Shown one piece after another: positions 37,493-47,568 of a stretch of DNA of 64,000 bases. The notes under the pieces were generated by a model. That model ran no database searches, was not told the origin of the DNA, and worked only from the letters and a program-made list of their open reading frames with translations. The stretch is taken from NCBI GenBank assembly GCA_945861585.1, contig CAMAVC010000004.1, positions 450 through 64,449 of the forward strand. The letters run 5' to 3'. The DNA comes from Planctomicrobium piriforme (GTDB lineage Bacteria; Planctomycetota; Planctomycetia; Pirellulales; UBA1268). The position numbers were made by a program, and so were the translations under genes. The stretch's first letter is position 1. Each line of letters opens with the position of its first letter.

Positions 37493-37804
37493 GCGCCCAA
37501 TCCGGCTCGGGATTGCCCAAACCCTCCTCAACGAAAGCCCGAGGCGCAAGCCGAGAGGATGCCCCGGTAGCGAAACACTACGCGTATTCCCTTCGGCTCA
37601 CGCCTCGGGCTTCCAGACCGGGAGGCGAGGGGCTGCCCCTACCGTTGAGACGGCGTATGTGACCAGCGAAGCCATGGATGGCGCAGCGCAGGCACATCCG
37701 AGTGAACGGAGGGCTGGAGGCCCGTAGCGAACGTCCGGCGAGACGGTACGGGGCAGCCCCGAGCCGGATTAGGCGATCCAGGACACGGCAGGCTGAAGCC
37801 TGTC
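37493..37804. repeat. Repeat cluster R7: Y terminus + H hairpin + Y unit + T hairpin
   Basis: GCGCCCAATCCGGCTCGGGATTGCCC, H unit in inverted orientation, GGAGGCGAGGGGCTGCCCCTACCGTTGAG...GGTACGGGGCAGCCCCGAGCCGGATTAGGC, then T. Confidence 0.9.
37787..37804. repeat. T-hairpin module (GGCAGGC variant) abutting the ABC ATPase stop
   Basis: GGCAGGCTGAAGCCTGTC followed by CTA (37805-37807), the TAG stop on the minus strand. Confidence 0.85.
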
Positions 37805-38494
37805 CTACAGGCCGAGGACGGCGGCGGGTGGGCCCGTACGGGTGATGCGGCCGGCGACGAGTTCGACCACCTGCGTGGCGGCGCGGCGGGCGAAGGCGTG
37901 GTCGTGCGTCACCACCACCATGGTCTGCCCGCCGCGGGCGAGCGACACGATCGTCTCCATGACCTCGGCCGACATCGCCGGGTCGAGGGCGCTCGTCGGC
38001 TCGTCGAAGAGCATCACCCGGGGCCCGAGGGCCAGCGCGCGGGCGATCGCCACCCGCTGCTGCTGGCCGCCCGAGAGCGTGGCGGGGCGGGCGGCGGCGA
38101 ATGCCGCCATGCCCACCCGGGCGAGCTGAGCCTCGGCCATGCCGTGGGCCTCGGCCCGCGGCAGCCGGGAGACGACCCGCGGCCCAAGGGCCACGTTCTC
38201 GAGCACCGAGAGATGCGGAAACAGGTTGAACTGCTGAAACACCATGCCGACGTCGCGTCGCACTCGTTCGAGCACTCGCGCGGGGGGCGGGCCCGGCTGC
38301 ATGCGGTGCTCGCCGATCGTCACTGCACCGGCGTCGAAGGCCTCGAGGCCGTTCAAGCAGCGCAGGAGCGTGCTCTTGCCGCCCCCCGATGGACCGACGA
38401 TCGCCGTCACCTCGCGCTCGCCGGCTCGCAGGCTGACGTCGGCGAGCACGCGCGTGCCGCCGCGGGCCTTCGATAATCCTACGATGTCGATCAT
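37805..38494 (-). CDS. Polar amino-acid ABC transporter ATP-binding protein
   Basis: Walker A GPSGGGKST, signature LSGGQQQRVAIARAL, Walker B MLFDEPTSALD. Confidence 0.9.
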   Translation of the reverse strand: MIDIVGLSKARGGTRVLADVSLRAGEREVTAIVGPSGGGKSTLLRCLNGLEAFDAGAVTIGEHRMQPGPPPARVLERVRRDVGMVFQQFNLFPHLSVLENVALGPRVVSRLPRAEAHGMAEAQLARVGMAAFAAARPATLSGGQQQRVAIARALALGPRVMLFDEPTSALDPAMSAEVMETIVSLARGGQTMVVVTHDHAFARRAATQVVELVAGRITRTGPPAAVLGL

Positions 38495-39963
38495 GGGCGT
38501 TGCTCCTGCCCGGTCTCGAAGCGGCGGGAGAGGAGCGACAGGGGCCAGCTCATCGCGAGGTAGAGGATCGCGGTGATCACGGCGAGCTCCACGATCCGCC
38601 CGGTCGAGAGGGCGAGCACGCTATATCGCTTCGTGAGCTCGATGACCGTGATCACGGAGCACACGCTCGTGTCCTTGAAAAGTGCGATGAAGTCGTTGGT
38701 GACCGGCGGCATCACGAGCCGCACGGCCTGCGGCACGACGACGTGCCGCAAAGCCTGCCACTTCGTCATGCCAAGCGCCACGGCCGCCTCGAACTGGCCG
38801 AGTGGCACGGCCTTGAGCCCGGCACGGTAGATCTCCGATTCGTAAGCCGCGTAGTTGAGAGCGAGCCCGGCGACGGCCGCCACGAGCGCGGGCAGGGCGA
38901 GCCCGACCTTCGGTAAGAGGAAAAAGATCGCATACAGCTGCAGCATGAGCGGCGTGCCCCGCACCACCTCCACGAAGCCCGTGAGGAGCGGCCGCAGCCA
39001 GGCCGGGCCGTAGAGCCTCCCCAGGGCAACGCCGAGTCCCGCGAAGATCGCCAGCGGAAACGACAGGCAGGCCAGCAGCACGGTCATGCCCGCCGCGGAG
39101 AGCAGCAATGGCAGCGTCTCGATTGCGAGCTCACGGAGCGAGCGGCGGGTCGCGACGGGGATTTCGGCCGCGTCGCGGAGCGCGAGGATCTGCTGCCGAC
39201 CGCCGAGATCCCAGCGATCGTAGAGTGTCTTCAAGCGGCCGTCGGCGATGATCCGGCCGAGGGCCTCGTCGATCGCCGTGGAGAGCCGCGGCGTGTCGCG
39301 GGCCGTGAGCACCGTGTAATACCCGCCGCCGAACGGCCGGCCCACGGCCCGCAGGCCGGCGAAGCGGTCGGCGTAGAAGTTGAAGATGCAGTCGTCCATC
39401 AGAGCCGCGTCGAGGACGCCGCTCTTCACCTGCTCCAGGGAGTCGATCGTGCCGTCGTAGCCGATCGCGTCGACCTCGAGTTCGGGGTGCGACCGCAGGA
39501 ATAGTTCGGCGGCCGACCCGGTGAGCACGCCCACGCGCCAGCGGCCGGCAGGCCCGGGAGCGGTGAGCGTTTCGACCGTGTCGAGCGGCCCGTCGCGCCG
39601 CGCGATCAGTTGCAGCCCGTAGGCGAAGTACGGCCGCGAACAGTGGTAATCACGCCGGCGTTCCGGCAACAGCTCGATGCCGTTGATGACGCAGTCGGCC
39701 GGGTGGCCCAGGAGCAAAGGGAGCCGATCCCACTGACCCTGCTGAAACCTGGCCTTCACGCCGAGCTCGGCGGCGATCAGCTCGGCCAGCTCGACCTCGA
39801 AGCCCGTGAGCCGCTGCGGCGCGTCGGGATCGGGAAACACGTGCGGCCCCCCGCCCTCCTGATCCGCCGCCCAGACGAGTTCGCCACGGGCCACGACAGC
39901 GGCGAGCTCCCCGCCTTCGAGGCCGCTGGGGGCGCTCATGCCGATCACCAACGGCACGAGCAT
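38491..39963 (-). CDS. Fused substrate-binding protein / permease of a polar amino-acid ABC transporter
   Basis: N-terminal SBP family-3-like region, then a permease with an EAA-like loop (ESEIYRAGLKAVPLGQFEAAVALGM). ATGA overlap with the ATPase gene. Start uncertain (39963 chosen, 40026 possible). Confidence 0.85.
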   Translation of the reverse strand: MLVPLVIGMSAPSGLEGGELAAVVARGELVWAADQEGGGPHVFPDPDAPQRLTGFEVELAELIAAELGVKARFQQGQWDRLPLLLGHPADCVINGIELLPERRRDYHCSRPYFAYGLQLIARRDGPLDTVETLTAPGPAGRWRVGVLTGSAAELFLRSHPELEVDAIGYDGTIDSLEQVKSGVLDAALMDDCIFNFYADRFAGLRAVGRPFGGGYYTVLTARDTPRLSTAIDEALGRIIADGRLKTLYDRWDLGGRQQILALRDAAEIPVATRRSLRELAIETLPLLLSAAGMTVLLACLSFPLAIFAGLGVALGRLYGPAWLRPLLTGFVEVVRGTPLMLQLYAIFFLLPKVGLALPALVAAVAGLALNYAAYESEIYRAGLKAVPLGQFEAAVALGMTKWQALRHVVVPQAVRLVMPPVTNDFIALFKDTSVCSVITVIELTKRYSVLALSTGRIVELAVITAILYLAMSWPLSLLSRRFETGQEQRP

Positions 39964-40024
39964 GCAGAGCACCCATGAAGCAGGCCGCTCGCATCCCCGA
40001 CACCCGGCCGGTACGCTCGATCGC

Positions 40025-40804
40025 ATGATGTCAGCCGAATCCAGGATCATTTACGACTTCGGTGCAGGGAATGGTGCCGATCTTCCGTACTACCTGCTGA
40101 AGGCCGATCGGGTCGTCGCGGTCGAGGCCAACCCGGTCCACTGCAACGAGATTCGCTCGCATCTGGCCGAACCACTGGCCTCCGGCCGACTGGTCGTCGT
40201 CAACGCAGTGCTCGACGTTGCCCCGGTCTCGCGGGACGTGCCTTTTTATATCCACAAAACGCGGCCGTGGCTGAGTCAATATCCCCGGCCCGCCGCCGAG
40301 CAGTGCGCCGCCTTCACCGAGACGCTGCTGCCCGCACGAAACGTCGTGGACGTGATTCGCGAATACGGCGATCCGTACTACGTGAAGATCGATCTGGAGC
40401 ACTTCGACCACGTCATCCTGCGTGCCTTGTTTGAGCAGGGTATCCGTCCTCCGTACATCTCCGCCGAAGCGCACACGGCCGAGGTCTTCGCGATCCTGCT
40501 CGCCCTGGGCGGCTATCAATCGTTCAAGCTCGTCGATGGGGCGACGGTGCGCACTCGATACGACGATCGGACGATCTCGACGACCAAGGGCACCACCAAG
40601 CACTCGTTCGCCCATGCCTCTGCCGGTCCCTTCGGCAACGACATCGATGGACCATGGATGGCGCCGAACTCCTTCCTACGGCTGTTGGGGTATGCGGGCC
40701 TGGGCGCCCGGAATGCCTACAAGGACATCCACGCGAGCCGTGTCGACCCGGCCGATCCCAACCACTCGCCGCAGCCGCAATTTCGCATTACGGTCGATTT
40801 CTGA
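40025..40804 (+). CDS. FkbM-family methyltransferase
   Basis: IIYDFGAGNGADLPYYL...VVAVEANP. Overall FkbM-like layout. Unverified. Confidence 0.65.
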   Translation: MMSAESRIIYDFGAGNGADLPYYLLKADRVVAVEANPVHCNEIRSHLAEPLASGRLVVVNAVLDVAPVSRDVPFYIHKTRPWLSQYPRPAAEQCAAFTETLLPARNVVDVIREYGDPYYVKIDLEHFDHVILRALFEQGIRPPYISAEAHTAEVFAILLALGGYQSFKLVDGATVRTRYDDRTISTTKGTTKHSFAHASAGPFGNDIDGPWMAPNSFLRLLGYAGLGARNAYKDIHASRVDPADPNHSPQPQFRITVDF

Positions 40805-40806
40805 GT

Positions 40807-42654
40807 TCATGCCTCGCTGCGCAGGCGACCGAGTCCGGTGACTGGATCAGCGAGTGTGCCGCGAGCCGCCGCTGCCGCGTCGGCGAGTTCGTCGCCCCGG
40901 GCCACGAACCGCGCCGTGGCGTCGGCCGCCTGCGCGAAATCGGCGAGCAGGGGATCGACGAGCCGCGCCTTGGGGAGCCGGGCGACGAGCGCCGCGATGT
41001 CTCCTTCGAGGCCCGTCCGCAGCCGTGCGAACACGAGCCACCGCAGGAAGAGCCCGAAGAAGATCACCCACACGAGTGCTTCTTCGAGAAACGCGAGCCC
41101 CTCGACGGGCTGACCCGACCACAGCCGCCCGTAAAAAAAATTCCAGCCTGCCCGCACGAGCACCGCCACGAGCATGCTGGAGAACAGCACTTCGCACACC
41201 AGGCGGAGCACCGGGCTGTCGAGCCGCTCGCGGCGGCCGGCCACGATCGCGTCGATGCCCGTGGCGAGCCAGGCCGCGGTGCGCTCGAGCAGCGTGCCGA
41301 CGGTGGACCGCACCTGTGCTTCGTCGAGCCGAGCCCGGCCAACGAGCGGCTGCTCGATGCGGGCCCGCGCGGCGAGCCCCACGAGAATGCTCCGCGACTG
41401 TTCGACATCGGCCTCCCCGAGCCCGAGCTCCTCGACCGTCTGCCAGGTGCCGTCGCCGACCGTGGCGACGGTCTGGCCGGCGAGCAACCGCCCGATCAGG
41501 CCTCCGCCTGCCGATTTCAGCCGCGGCCAGAACGACCAGATCGCCGCCACGACGTGCAGAAACATCGCGAACGGCCCACCGTGCCAGCGGTCGACGAGCT
41601 CGTCGGTGATCAGCCGTTGCCAGGCCGACCGACTCGCCCGGAGCCGCGCCTCGACCGCCGTCGCGAGGAGCGTCTCGAGCCGTGCCCGCTCACGCGCCAC
41701 GCCGGCTGCCAGATCAGCGACTGGCGCACGGACCGGCTCGAGTTCTCGTTGCGTTTGCCGTGCGACGTGGTCGGCGAGATCGACCGCCCCTGTGCGGCGC
41801 ACGCGCCGGGCGGCACGGCCCACGAGCTCCTCGTCGATCGCGGTGACAAGTTCACGAAATCCCGCCTCGGGCTCGAGGCCAGCTGCCGAGCGGCGGGCGG
41901 CCTCCACGGCGTCGAGCCGGAAGATCCGCGGCACGTCGAAGCCCTGCGCTTCGAGCTCGCGACGCCAGTCGGCACGGATGTCGGGATCGCGTGAGGCGTG
42001 CGTCTGCACGAAGAACAGCGGCCGGCCCGGCGCGAAGGCGGCCAGCTCGCGGGCCACGATCCACGAGCGGTATTTCTGCGCGGTCGACACGACGAGGAGC
42101 ACGTCGCACGCGGGCACCACCGCCTCGAGAAGATCGCGGTTGTGATTCGTGTCGCTCGGCCGCGACGGGCCATCAGCGGGAGCGGCCTCGTCGGCCTGCG
42201 TGTCGGGATCGGGACAGTCGACGAGCACGATGTTGGCCACCGCGGGGGAGTCGCTCCGCACCACGCGGGCCTGCATCCGATCGAGCGGGAGCCACGAGCA
42301 ATCGACGTCGGTCGCCACCACGACGACAGGGTTCGTGGTGGTGGGCCGGGCCACATCGCCGGCGGCGGTGACGGTGCCGCCGGCGAGCGCGTTCACGAGC
42401 GTGCTCTTGCCGGTGCCGGTGCCGCCGATCACGCCCACCACGAGCACGCGCGAGAGTTCGCGCCGGGCGCGGTCGAGCCGGGGCTCGATCTGCTCCCACG
42501 CCCCGCGCACGCGCTGCGCCGGCGGCCACTCGGGCAGCGAGCCGCTCCAGGCCCCGAGCGCGGCGACGAGTGCGTCGAAGGCCGCGTCGTCGAAGGCCCC
42601 GCCGCGATCGGCGGGCGCCGGCGTGTCGGTCGCGGAGTCGGGCGAGGCTGTCAT
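40807..42654 (-). CDS. Large P-loop GTPase, dynamin-like, with C-terminal hydrophobic segments (downstream member of the pair)
   Basis: G1 GVIGGTGTGKSTLVNAL and G3-like LVDCPDPD. Hydrophobic stretches LFSSMLVAVLVRAGWNFFY and VWVIFFGLFLRWLVF. ATGA overlap with the upstream GTPase gene. Confidence 0.7.
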   Translation of the reverse strand: MTASPDSATDTPAPADRGGAFDDAAFDALVAALGAWSGSLPEWPPAQRVRGAWEQIEPRLDRARRELSRVLVVGVIGGTGTGKSTLVNALAGGTVTAAGDVARPTTTNPVVVVATDVDCSWLPLDRMQARVVRSDSPAVANIVLVDCPDPDTQADEAAPADGPSRPSDTNHNRDLLEAVVPACDVLLVVSTAQKYRSWIVARELAAFAPGRPLFFVQTHASRDPDIRADWRRELEAQGFDVPRIFRLDAVEAARRSAAGLEPEAGFRELVTAIDEELVGRAARRVRRTGAVDLADHVARQTQRELEPVRAPVADLAAGVARERARLETLLATAVEARLRASRSAWQRLITDELVDRWHGGPFAMFLHVVAAIWSFWPRLKSAGGGLIGRLLAGQTVATVGDGTWQTVEELGLGEADVEQSRSILVGLAARARIEQPLVGRARLDEAQVRSTVGTLLERTAAWLATGIDAIVAGRRERLDSPVLRLVCEVLFSSMLVAVLVRAGWNFFYGRLWSGQPVEGLAFLEEALVWVIFFGLFLRWLVFARLRTGLEGDIAALVARLPKARLVDPLLADFAQAADATARFVARGDELADAAAAARGTLADPVTGLGRLRSEA

Positions 42655-44525
42655 GGGCTGGAAAACTCCCGGTGCAATTCGAGCAGGAGCCGCCGGGCCT
42701 CCGCCACCTCGGGCCGCGCCGCGGCCGCGGCGAGCCGGTCGATCTCCTCGACACTGTCGCCGAGCACGACATCGTGAAGCGTCTCGGCAAGCACGCGGCT
42801 GCGCTCGGCCGACCAGCCGGCGAACAGCCGCTCGAGCAGCGGCTTGAGTCCCGCCATCGTGAGGCCGAGCGCCCCCTCGCCCGCGAGCGTGGCGGCCGTG
42901 CCGACGACGACGTCGCCCACGTGGTGCACGAGCGTCGTGAGGCCGCCGGCCGTGGCCGCAGCGGCGGGCACGGCCGCGGCCCCGGCGAGGCCGAGGCCCA
43001 CCGTGATCGCCGGCCGGGCCACCGCGCCCACGTTCAACCCCGCGACGATCCACCGGACCATCTCGGGGCTCTCCTTGGCGAACCGGTCGAGCTCACCGCG
43101 CACGAACGCCCGGTAGTCGTCCGACACGATCGGCAGCGCGGCGTGCCGGCGCTCGAGGTCGGCGAACCACTCCGCCCGGTCCCCGCCGACGAGCGCCTTG
43201 GAGAGGATCGCGCCGAGCCGCTCGTTGCTCCGGCCGGCATCCTCGAGCCGCTCCACGAAGTCGGCGAGCGCCTGCTTCAGGGCGGCGAGCTCACGGGCGG
43301 AGAAGTCTTCGCGCCGCTCCGAGTCGGAGCGGGCCAGCCCGATCGCGCGGGCCGCCCACTTCACGCCGCTGCCGGCGACGCGGTAGGCCTTGCTCACGGT
43401 GAGGTCGAAGCCGCTGCGGCGCGGCTCGAGCCACGCCCAGATCTCGTTCCACACCACCTCGCGCGGCGCCATCGGCAGCTCCACCCTCACGCGCGCCTCG
43501 TCGGCGAGCAGCCGCCGTGCCCGCTGCCACTCGAGGGCCGTCGCCTCGAACCCATCGAGCCAGGTGCCGGCCCCGGCCCGGGGATCGAGCACCACCTCGA
43601 GCGCGCCCCGCATCGCCTCGCGCTTGAGGCGGTCGAAGTCCTGCCCAGCGAGGGCGGCCGCGAGGTCGGCCGGCGCGGCGGGCTCCGGCTGCGCAACACC
43701 TCCGGGAAGCTCGCGCACGGCTGCGCCGGCGATAAGCTCGGGCACGGCGAAGAAGTCGATCCGCCCCGCCTCGGCCTGCGCGAAGTCGTGCGGGCAGGCG
43801 TAGACGGCGAGAGGCGTGCTTCCCGTCTCGGCCGTGAACGTGGCGAGCCAGCCGCCGAGCCGCTCCCGCTGCCGGGGCCAGTCGACCATGTTGAACACCA
43901 CGATCACGCCCTTGCGGGCCTGAGCGGCGGCGCGGAAGAAGTCGCGCACCGCCGCGTCGTTGTATTTCTGCTGCGTGAGCACGGCAATCAGCACGTCGCA
44001 CGCGTTGCGGACGAGCTCGGCGCGGTGCCAATTCTCCCGCAGCGTGCCGTCGATATCGGGCGTGTCGAGGAGGATCAGTCGCGGCGGCTGCCGGCCCGAT
44101 GGGTCTTCGCGCCACACGAGCCGGTGCTCGTCGGCCGCGGCGAGCGCATCGGCATCGCTCGTCCACGGCGTCGGCGTGAATCCCGGAAAGAGTTCGCCGA
44201 GGTCGAGCGTGGCGGCAAGCCCCCGGGGCAGGCTCGCGACTGGATGGAGCGTGCGGGCGGCCTCCGCGACCGAGCGGCTCATCGAGGAGCCGACGAGCGA
44301 ATTCGCGATCAGGCTCTTGCCGGTGTTCGTGCCGCCGCACACCGCGGCCACGAGCACGGGCTCGCGGGCCACTTGGCCGGCGAGCTTGCCGAACAACTGC
44401 CCGTGCCAGTCGGCTCCTTCGGGGTTGGCGGCGCCGAGCGGCCCGGCGAGCGGCTCGAGCGCGGCAAGGGCCCGGCAGAGCGCCGCGACATCGCCGGCCC
44501 AGGTCGCATACGTCGTGTTTCGCAC
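42651..44525 (-). CDS. Large P-loop GTPase, dynamin-like, with a Gly/Ala-rich hydrophobic paddle-like segment (upstream member of the pair)
   Basis: G1 VCGGTNTGKSLIANSL, G3-like LLDTPDIDG, G4-like FNMVDW. Hydrophobic segment VGLGLAGAAAVPAAAATAGGL. Confidence 0.7.
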   Translation of the reverse strand: MRNTTYATWAGDVAALCRALAALEPLAGPLGAANPEGADWHGQLFGKLAGQVAREPVLVAAVCGGTNTGKSLIANSLVGSSMSRSVAEAARTLHPVASLPRGLAATLDLGELFPGFTPTPWTSDADALAAADEHRLVWREDPSGRQPPRLILLDTPDIDGTLRENWHRAELVRNACDVLIAVLTQQKYNDAAVRDFFRAAAQARKGVIVVFNMVDWPRQRERLGGWLATFTAETGSTPLAVYACPHDFAQAEAGRIDFFAVPELIAGAAVRELPGGVAQPEPAAPADLAAALAGQDFDRLKREAMRGALEVVLDPRAGAGTWLDGFEATALEWQRARRLLADEARVRVELPMAPREVVWNEIWAWLEPRRSGFDLTVSKAYRVAGSGVKWAARAIGLARSDSERREDFSARELAALKQALADFVERLEDAGRSNERLGAILSKALVGGDRAEWFADLERRHAALPIVSDDYRAFVRGELDRFAKESPEMVRWIVAGLNVGAVARPAITVGLGLAGAAAVPAAAATAGGLTTLVHHVGDVVVGTAATLAGEGALGLTMAGLKPLLERLFAGWSAERSRVLAETLHDVVLGDSVEEIDRLAAAAARPEVAEARRLLLELHREFSSP

Positions 44526-44760
44526 GTGCTCGCCGCTCGCTTTCTCATGCCCAGGGCGGGGCCATCTCGCCAGGCAAGTGTGTCTTCCCTGGTTTCCACT
44601 CGCAAATCCGCCGGCCCGGCTTCACACGCCGCATGTTTCCAGCACCACGCACGACGGTGGCATGAAGGCGATCTTGTCGCTCGCGGGGGCTGTTGCTATT
44701 CCCCCTCTCTAGATTCCCCAATTCCCCGTTCGGTTGCCATTCCCGATCTCGGGCCGACCC

Positions 44761-46443
44761 ATGGAACGCATCACGAATCCATATCTGGCCCCGCTCCGGC
44801 GGCTCCGCAGCTGCGTTGCGTTCACGCTGCTGGTCCTGGTCTTGGTCTTCGTCGACTATCTGGGCGGCGTCCGGCGGGCCGGTGCCGAGGAGGGGCCGCT
44901 CGCGCCGCTCGACATGTCGAGTCCGCGGGCCACGCTCCAAAACTTTACCGCCACCATCGACCGCGTGGCGGCCAATTTCAAGGACCTCAATCGCCGCGGC
45001 GTCCGAAGCGAAAACGCGCGGCTCATCCAGCTGGGGCTGGGCTGCCTCGATCTGTCGGCCATACCCTCGTCGCTGGTGGAGACGGAGGGCCGCGAGGCAG
45101 CGGTCTGCCTCAAGGAAGTGCTCGACCGCATTCCGCTGCCGCCGCTCGACACACTGCCCGACGCTGCAGCCGTGAAGACCGCGGGAATCGATCGCTGGCG
45201 ATTGCCCAACACCGAGATCTCCCTCGTGCGGCTCACCACGGGGCCCCGCGCCGGCGACTTCGTGTTCTCCGCCGACAGCGTGGCCCGTGCGGAGGAGTTT
45301 TTCGAGCGCGTCCGCCACGTGCCCTACCGCCCCGATGCGGGCAGCCCCGGCCTGTTCGACTCCTACGTGCAACTCGGCGGCTGGATGATTCCCGAAGCGC
45401 TCATCCGCCGGCTGCCCGCATGGGCCCACACAGTGGTCGGCGGCGAGACGATCTGGCAGTGGATGGCCACGATTCTGCTCGTGGCCGTGGCGGCGGTCGT
45501 GGTGGCGGCGGCGGCGCGGGTTCGTCTCCGCTCGGCCGGCGACAGGTTCGAGGTGGTGGAGCGATTGTTTTTGCCCGCGGCGCTCGTCGCGATGGGTTTG
45601 CTGTTCGATTGGCTCTGCACCTGGCAGATCCGCCTCACCGGTGAAATCCTGGTGGCGGCCAAGGTGATCGCGCGGGCGGTCATGCTCGTGGGTGTGGTGG
45701 GCGGCGTGCTCGACACCGTGGCCTGGGCCACCGAACGATTTCTCACCTGGCGACGGATGGGCGCCGACTCGATCGAGGGGCAGCTCGTGCGGCTTGCGAG
45801 CAATGTCGGCCGGTTTCTCGCCGTGGCATGGATTCTGATCGCCGCCGCCGACTCCTTCGGCGTACCGGTGACGCCACTGGTCGCCGGGCTCGGCGCCGGC
45901 GGCCTCGCGATCGCGCTGGCCTCGCAATACACGATGGAGAACCTGATCGCCGGGCTCGTGATCTTCGCCGACAAGCCGGTGCGGATCGGCGACGAGTGCC
46001 AATATGGTGCGGTGCGCGGCCGCGTGGAGCGGATCGGCTTGCGCTCGACGCGCATCCGCGGCATCGACCACACGTTGATCTCGATCCCGAACGCCGAGTT
46101 TGCGAAGTCGCAGCTCGTGAATTTCTCGAGCCGCGACCGGATCCCGCTGTCGATCACGCTCACGCTGCCGACGATAGGCGGACCGCCGGCGCTGCGGCAG
46201 CGGCTCGATGCACTGCGCCAACTCGTGGCCGCACACCCCGGCCTCGATCCAGCGGCCTCGAGGGTGACGCTCGGTGATCCGACCGGCGACGGCGTGACCG
46301 TCGAGATCGCGGCCGTGTGCCCGGGAGCCGACGAGCGCACGGCGCGGGAGTGCCGAGAGCGGCTCCTGCTCGAGGCCCTCGCAGTGACCGGCGGGGCGGC
46401 TGCCATAGGCGACGCCGCCACGCCACGCCTGAAGGTCGCCTGA
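44761..46443 (+). CDS. Mechanosensitive ion channel (MscS) family protein, large form
   Basis: ENLIAGLVIFADKPVRIGDEC...GRVERIGLRSTRIRGIDHTLISIPN. Multiple N-terminal TM helices. ATG at 44761 chosen. Confidence 0.85.
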   Translation: MERITNPYLAPLRRLRSCVAFTLLVLVLVFVDYLGGVRRAGAEEGPLAPLDMSSPRATLQNFTATIDRVAANFKDLNRRGVRSENARLIQLGLGCLDLSAIPSSLVETEGREAAVCLKEVLDRIPLPPLDTLPDAAAVKTAGIDRWRLPNTEISLVRLTTGPRAGDFVFSADSVARAEEFFERVRHVPYRPDAGSPGLFDSYVQLGGWMIPEALIRRLPAWAHTVVGGETIWQWMATILLVAVAAVVVAAAARVRLRSAGDRFEVVERLFLPAALVAMGLLFDWLCTWQIRLTGEILVAAKVIARAVMLVGVVGGVLDTVAWATERFLTWRRMGADSIEGQLVRLASNVGRFLAVAWILIAAADSFGVPVTPLVAGLGAGGLAIALASQYTMENLIAGLVIFADKPVRIGDECQYGAVRGRVERIGLRSTRIRGIDHTLISIPNAEFAKSQLVNFSSRDRIPLSITLTLPTIGGPPALRQRLDALRQLVAAHPGLDPAASRVTLGDPTGDGVTVEIAAVCPGADERTARECRERLLLEALAVTGGAAAIGDAATPRLKVA

Positions 46444-46662
46444 GCGCGGCGATGTCGCCGCCCTGGGTCGGATTCCGTGCCGCGCACACGCTCGCCGCTC
46501 ACTGTTCGTGCCTGGGGGGTGGCAGCGTTCATTGCCGCCCCGGAGCGGCTCCCTTACACTGCTTGGAGCGAGCGGCTTTCCATCCGCACGTACGCCCTCC
46601 CCGGTTTCCGCCCGCACATTCGCCCCGTCGTCCCCGCGGCACGCCCACGTGCTGATCGAGCC

Positions 46663-47493
46663 ATGATCGAACGCCGTCCCGTGTTCCCCGGTGTGATCGA
46701 GATCAACCACCAAGCGGGCTACCGCATCGGGTGCAACGTCTACCTCGTCTACGACGGCCTCGACTGGGCGCTCGTCGACATCGGCTACGAAGAGAGCGTC
46801 GACGAGATCATCGAGCTCGTCCGGCAGATGGATTTTCCCCTCGCCCACTGCCGGGCCCTCGTGGCCACGCACGCCGACGTCGACCACATCCAGGGTCTCG
46901 CCAAGGCCAAGGCGATCCTCAAGGCGCCCGTACTCGCCCATCCCCTCGCCGTCGCGTCGCTCGAGTCGGGCGACAAGATCAAGACGTTCGCCGAGATCGC
47001 CGCCCAGAATGTGCACCTCGAGATGCCGCCGGTGAAGACCGACCGCGAGATCCGTAACGGCGACCTGATCGAGATCGGCCGCCATCACCTCGAGGTCTGG
47101 CACACGCCCGGCCACACCGACAGCCAACTCGCGTTTCGCCTCGGCAACCTCCTGCTCTCGGGCGACAACATCTATCGCGACGGCTCGGTGGGGGCGATCG
47201 ACGCGCACCACGGCAGCGACATTCCGTCGTTCATCCGCTCGCTCGAGCGGATCGCCGCAAGCGACGTCGAGTGGCTGCTCCCGAGCCACGGACCGATCTT
47301 CCGCAAAGACGACCGGCTGCTCGACCGCACGCTCGACCGCCTGCGTGGCTACCTCAAGCTCGCCGACTTCGGCACGTGCGCCCCCGACTGGCCGCTCATC
47401 GAGGAGTGGGACCGCGAGCTCGCCGAAGGCCGCCTGCCCGGGGCTGCGCCCACAAAAGCCGGGGCAAAGGCGCAGACAGCGGGAAAGCCGTAA
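46663..47493 (+). CDS. MBL-fold metallo-hydrolase
   Basis: [11 protein letters not shown] (HxHxDH-type motif) and [17 protein letters not shown] at 46663 chosen. Confidence 0.85.
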   Translation: MIERRPVFPGVIEINHQAGYRIGCNVYLVYDGLDWALVDIGYEESVDEIIELVRQMDFPLAHCRALVATHADVDHIQGLAKAKAILKAPVLAHPLAVASLESGDKIKTFAEIAAQNVHLEMPPVKTDREIRNGDLIEIGRHHLEVWHTPGHTDSQLAFRLGNLLLSGDNIYRDGSVGAIDAHHGSDIPSFIRSLERIAASDVEWLLPSHGPIFRKDDRLLDRTLDRLRGYLKLADFGTCAPDWPLIEEWDRELAEGRLPGAAPTKAGAKAQTAGKP

Positions 47494-47568
47494 CGGTTTT
47501 TCCGTAAAGACCGGTCGTGCGGGCGGCCGATACCTCCCCTGGGTTCTGTTTTTCAGGGGGACAATCCG

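Noticed and set aside
1162-37807. TAG followed immediately by a hairpin as a recoding (PYLIS-like or readthrough) signal
   Set aside because: Downstream sequence is repeat DNA with no conserved in-frame extension. Extensions would be short or run through palindromic modules. Nothing in the window suggests pyrrolysine machinery. Simple termination plus an RNA 3' hairpin is more parsimonious.
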